DNA of 63,205 nucleotides, filler included, from Choristocarpus tenellus KU-1152 (Eukaryota; Protista; Phaeophyceae), in the NCBI GenBank assembly GCA_964200185.2. It is 14 parts of 14 records of this genome, joined end to end, with 100 filler letters (N's around TTAATTAATTAA, not from the genome) between each part and the next. Parts side by side here need not be neighbours in the genome. Positions count along the whole stretch, not along the records: positions 60,553 to 63,205 come from CAXNAD020025939.1; 13 more parts are not named here. One strand, 5' to 3'. Made by a program: the position numbers and the translations under genes. Within the stretch, counting starts at the first letter, position 1, and each line of letters begins with the position of its first letter. Shown here piece by piece: positions 61,093 to 63,205 of the stretch. The notes beneath the pieces are model-generated. The model was not told the DNA's origin and searched no databases. It saw only the letters and a program-made list of their open reading frames with translations.

Positions 61093-63205
61093 GTAGTTGG
61101 TCTTGCGAATCCTTGCCACCTGTTTTGAAATCAGCAGTAGTCCTTGAAAGTGTGGAGTAACCAGCATGTGTCAAAGCTGTTTGGGGATGGCAATTGCTGG
61201 TAGAGGGTGCTTGAATTGATATATGAAACCTGGACAGGATAGTTTGCAACAAAAATCGAGGGCTGGGGCATTTGCTACTTGTTGGTGGGTAGGGCACATG
61301 ATTTGGAACTGATGAGGTTGCTGGTTGCCTTTCTGTAAAGACAGTGATGTGCTCCTCTCTTGTAGGGAGTTCATATAGAAGGTGATGGCGAACATTGGTT
61401 GAAATTCTGAGGCTAAATGATTGGTGACATTTTCAGGAGGGCAGTGTTTACATGGACTTGCTTCATGTCTTTTGAAGCTAGGGGAATCAGCTGCAGTTGT
61501 GTATGGTTGCTCGTTCAATAGATGTCTTGTGACATGGTTTGTTTTGCAGTGTGTTGTCTCCTCTGGGCCTGGAAGGCGTTTTTGTTTTTGACTGGTCCTC
61601 CGTTCGTTTGTTCTTTGTTCGTTTCTTTCCTGGAGGGTACCATGGAAACGAAGAGTAGAGAGAGATCGAGAATTTGGCAGTGAAAAAATTGTTGTTGGTG
61701 ATATTTGCACATGGGAAGTCAGGATAGATTTTCGTATATCTCAAGGCATAGTGACAGCATTTACGGTGGGGCAGTGAAGGAGACCTTGGCATCACATGTA
61801 TGTATTGGCTGGTGTGGAAGTAGTGCAAGCATTAATTATTATTGATAGAGAAACGCATAATATGGTGTATTTTGGATGGATGATGACTGCGGGGTTGTAA
61901 GCAGGGAGTTGATAAATGAATTGGTGATGTTTTCTCCTTACTGGAGATACCTCACAGGGTGAAACGAGATATCTTTTGCTGCCAAACAGTTTGAGTGGGA
62001 GGTGGAGTACTTATTATCTGTGCCAGAGCTCCTTGATGGTGTCGGTGTGTATTTTGTACCTTGTATCATGTACCTGCTGCTTGTAGATGTGCTACTCCAA
62101 CTGGCTGTTTGAAGAGAGCCTTGGCTGATGTTTTCGTGGATCCAACTAGAGCTACTGAGCACATAAGTGATTGCTACGTAAGTATACACATGGTCAACCA
62201 TCTTCAAACTCGCGTCACTGTCAGTGGGAAGAGATACGAGGCAGTCGTATGTGAGCATGACGAGTAGTATGTAAGCTAGAACTTTCTTCTAATATTTTTA
62301 TGGTTGTGGTACACACACTGTCTACAGGGTAGCAAATTGTAGGAATTTCGTGTTATATTATCACATACATATAGATGAGGTTTATGCGATGATTCTATGT
62401 AGGGATATAATGCACAAGTATATACTCGGAGTGTGTATGAAGGTGACTGCATACTGACCTAAACGAGAGAGACTAGAGGCCCCTTATACTCATTGGCACC
62501 CCCCTCCAGGACACCATGGGTCAAAAAGTAAGGAACATGTGAAACGTGTACGGAACAGTTGACGAAAAGTCTTTCTTCTGAAGTGTATGTTTTGTACGGT
62601 GCAATTCTTATGTCGGACAACAGTACCCTTCAAGTTTCAAATCATACACCCCGCCATAGTTTAATCCTAATAATATAGTGTGTTTAGTAGGTGGATGTAT
62701 ACAAACAGCAATACCTCCAGAGTATATATTGCATGGTGATGATACTACTTGTTGCGCAGTACTTCAATTCATGCATTCACTCAGAAGTGTCTGAAGGTAT
62801 TTTTCAATAACTGTCAGGTTGGGTACAAAACTCTGGACAATCCTCCCTGGCTTTGTTCATCTTCTGCTGCTGTTCTGTGGGTAAATGGTACAGTCCGGGC
62901 GATTGGAGTGTTTGATTGTGTCTCCACGGGATAATACGATAAACTTCGTCCCCTGGAATCACGAATAAATATCATTGAGTGATATCGAAATTTGAATGGG
63001 TAAGGAGCATCAGCATGCTTGAGAAGCATGTATGCATGCATGTACTACCCCAAGCACATACTAGTAGGTGCGTTGACATACTTGTATATGTGCATATTAG
63101 TTATGTTATTCCATTGCTGTAACGGGTGGTATGTCTTGATGCCGGTTTTACAAAGGCTCAAAGTATCTGGGGGGGGGGAGGGCGGCTGTCCATTTGAGGT
63201 CAAAT

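Noticed and set aside
61938-62267. Possible transposase remnant (CYSNWLFEESLG)
   Set aside because: Single weak motif among multiple stops.
1-63205. tRNA, rRNA or other structured ncRNA genes
   Set aside because: None recognised by eye; the only tRNA-complementary sequence is the retrotransposon PBS. tRNAscan-SE and Infernal would be needed to exclude them.

Overview
Eukaryotic nuclear DNA, not a prokaryotic region. The window is 14 separate contigs joined by artificial 100-nt linkers (N44-TTAATTAATTAA-N44), so nothing should be inferred across linkers. Intron-rich genes, interstitial TTAGGG repeats and the transposon types suggest a stramenopile, probably a brown alga (inference). Host genes reconstructed from splice sites: an importin-alpha-like ARM protein head-to-head with an intronless RraA/HMG-aldolase gene, a RING + LON-N (LONRF-like) protein, a HAD-IB hydrolase 3' end with a GC-AG intron, a MINDY-3/4 deubiquitinase 3' end, GH2 beta-galactosidase exons, a multi-pass membrane protein, the FGAM synthase (PFAS/PurL) 3' end, and a RanBP2-zinc-finger/FG-repeat nucleoporin exon. 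Mobile DNA: a decayed RTE-type LINE, a Ty3/Gypsy element (LTR, PBS, gag, protease), a mariner/Stowaway-type transposase end with its TIR, an hAT remnant, and a high-copy family of about 260-bp TIR elements with 4-bp target-site duplications (Sola-like) plus a longer sister family that sits at many contig ends. The two most interesting observations are (1) an AT-rich, pseudogenised fragment resembling Rickettsiales ftsQ at about 55191-55350 inside a eukaryotic contig, a candidate endosymbiont-to-host DNA transfer, and (2) a TIR-element copy inserted in an exon whose ends carry GT/AG sites placed so that splicing would keep the reading frame (Introner-like). All protein identifications are by motif recognition; no database search was run.
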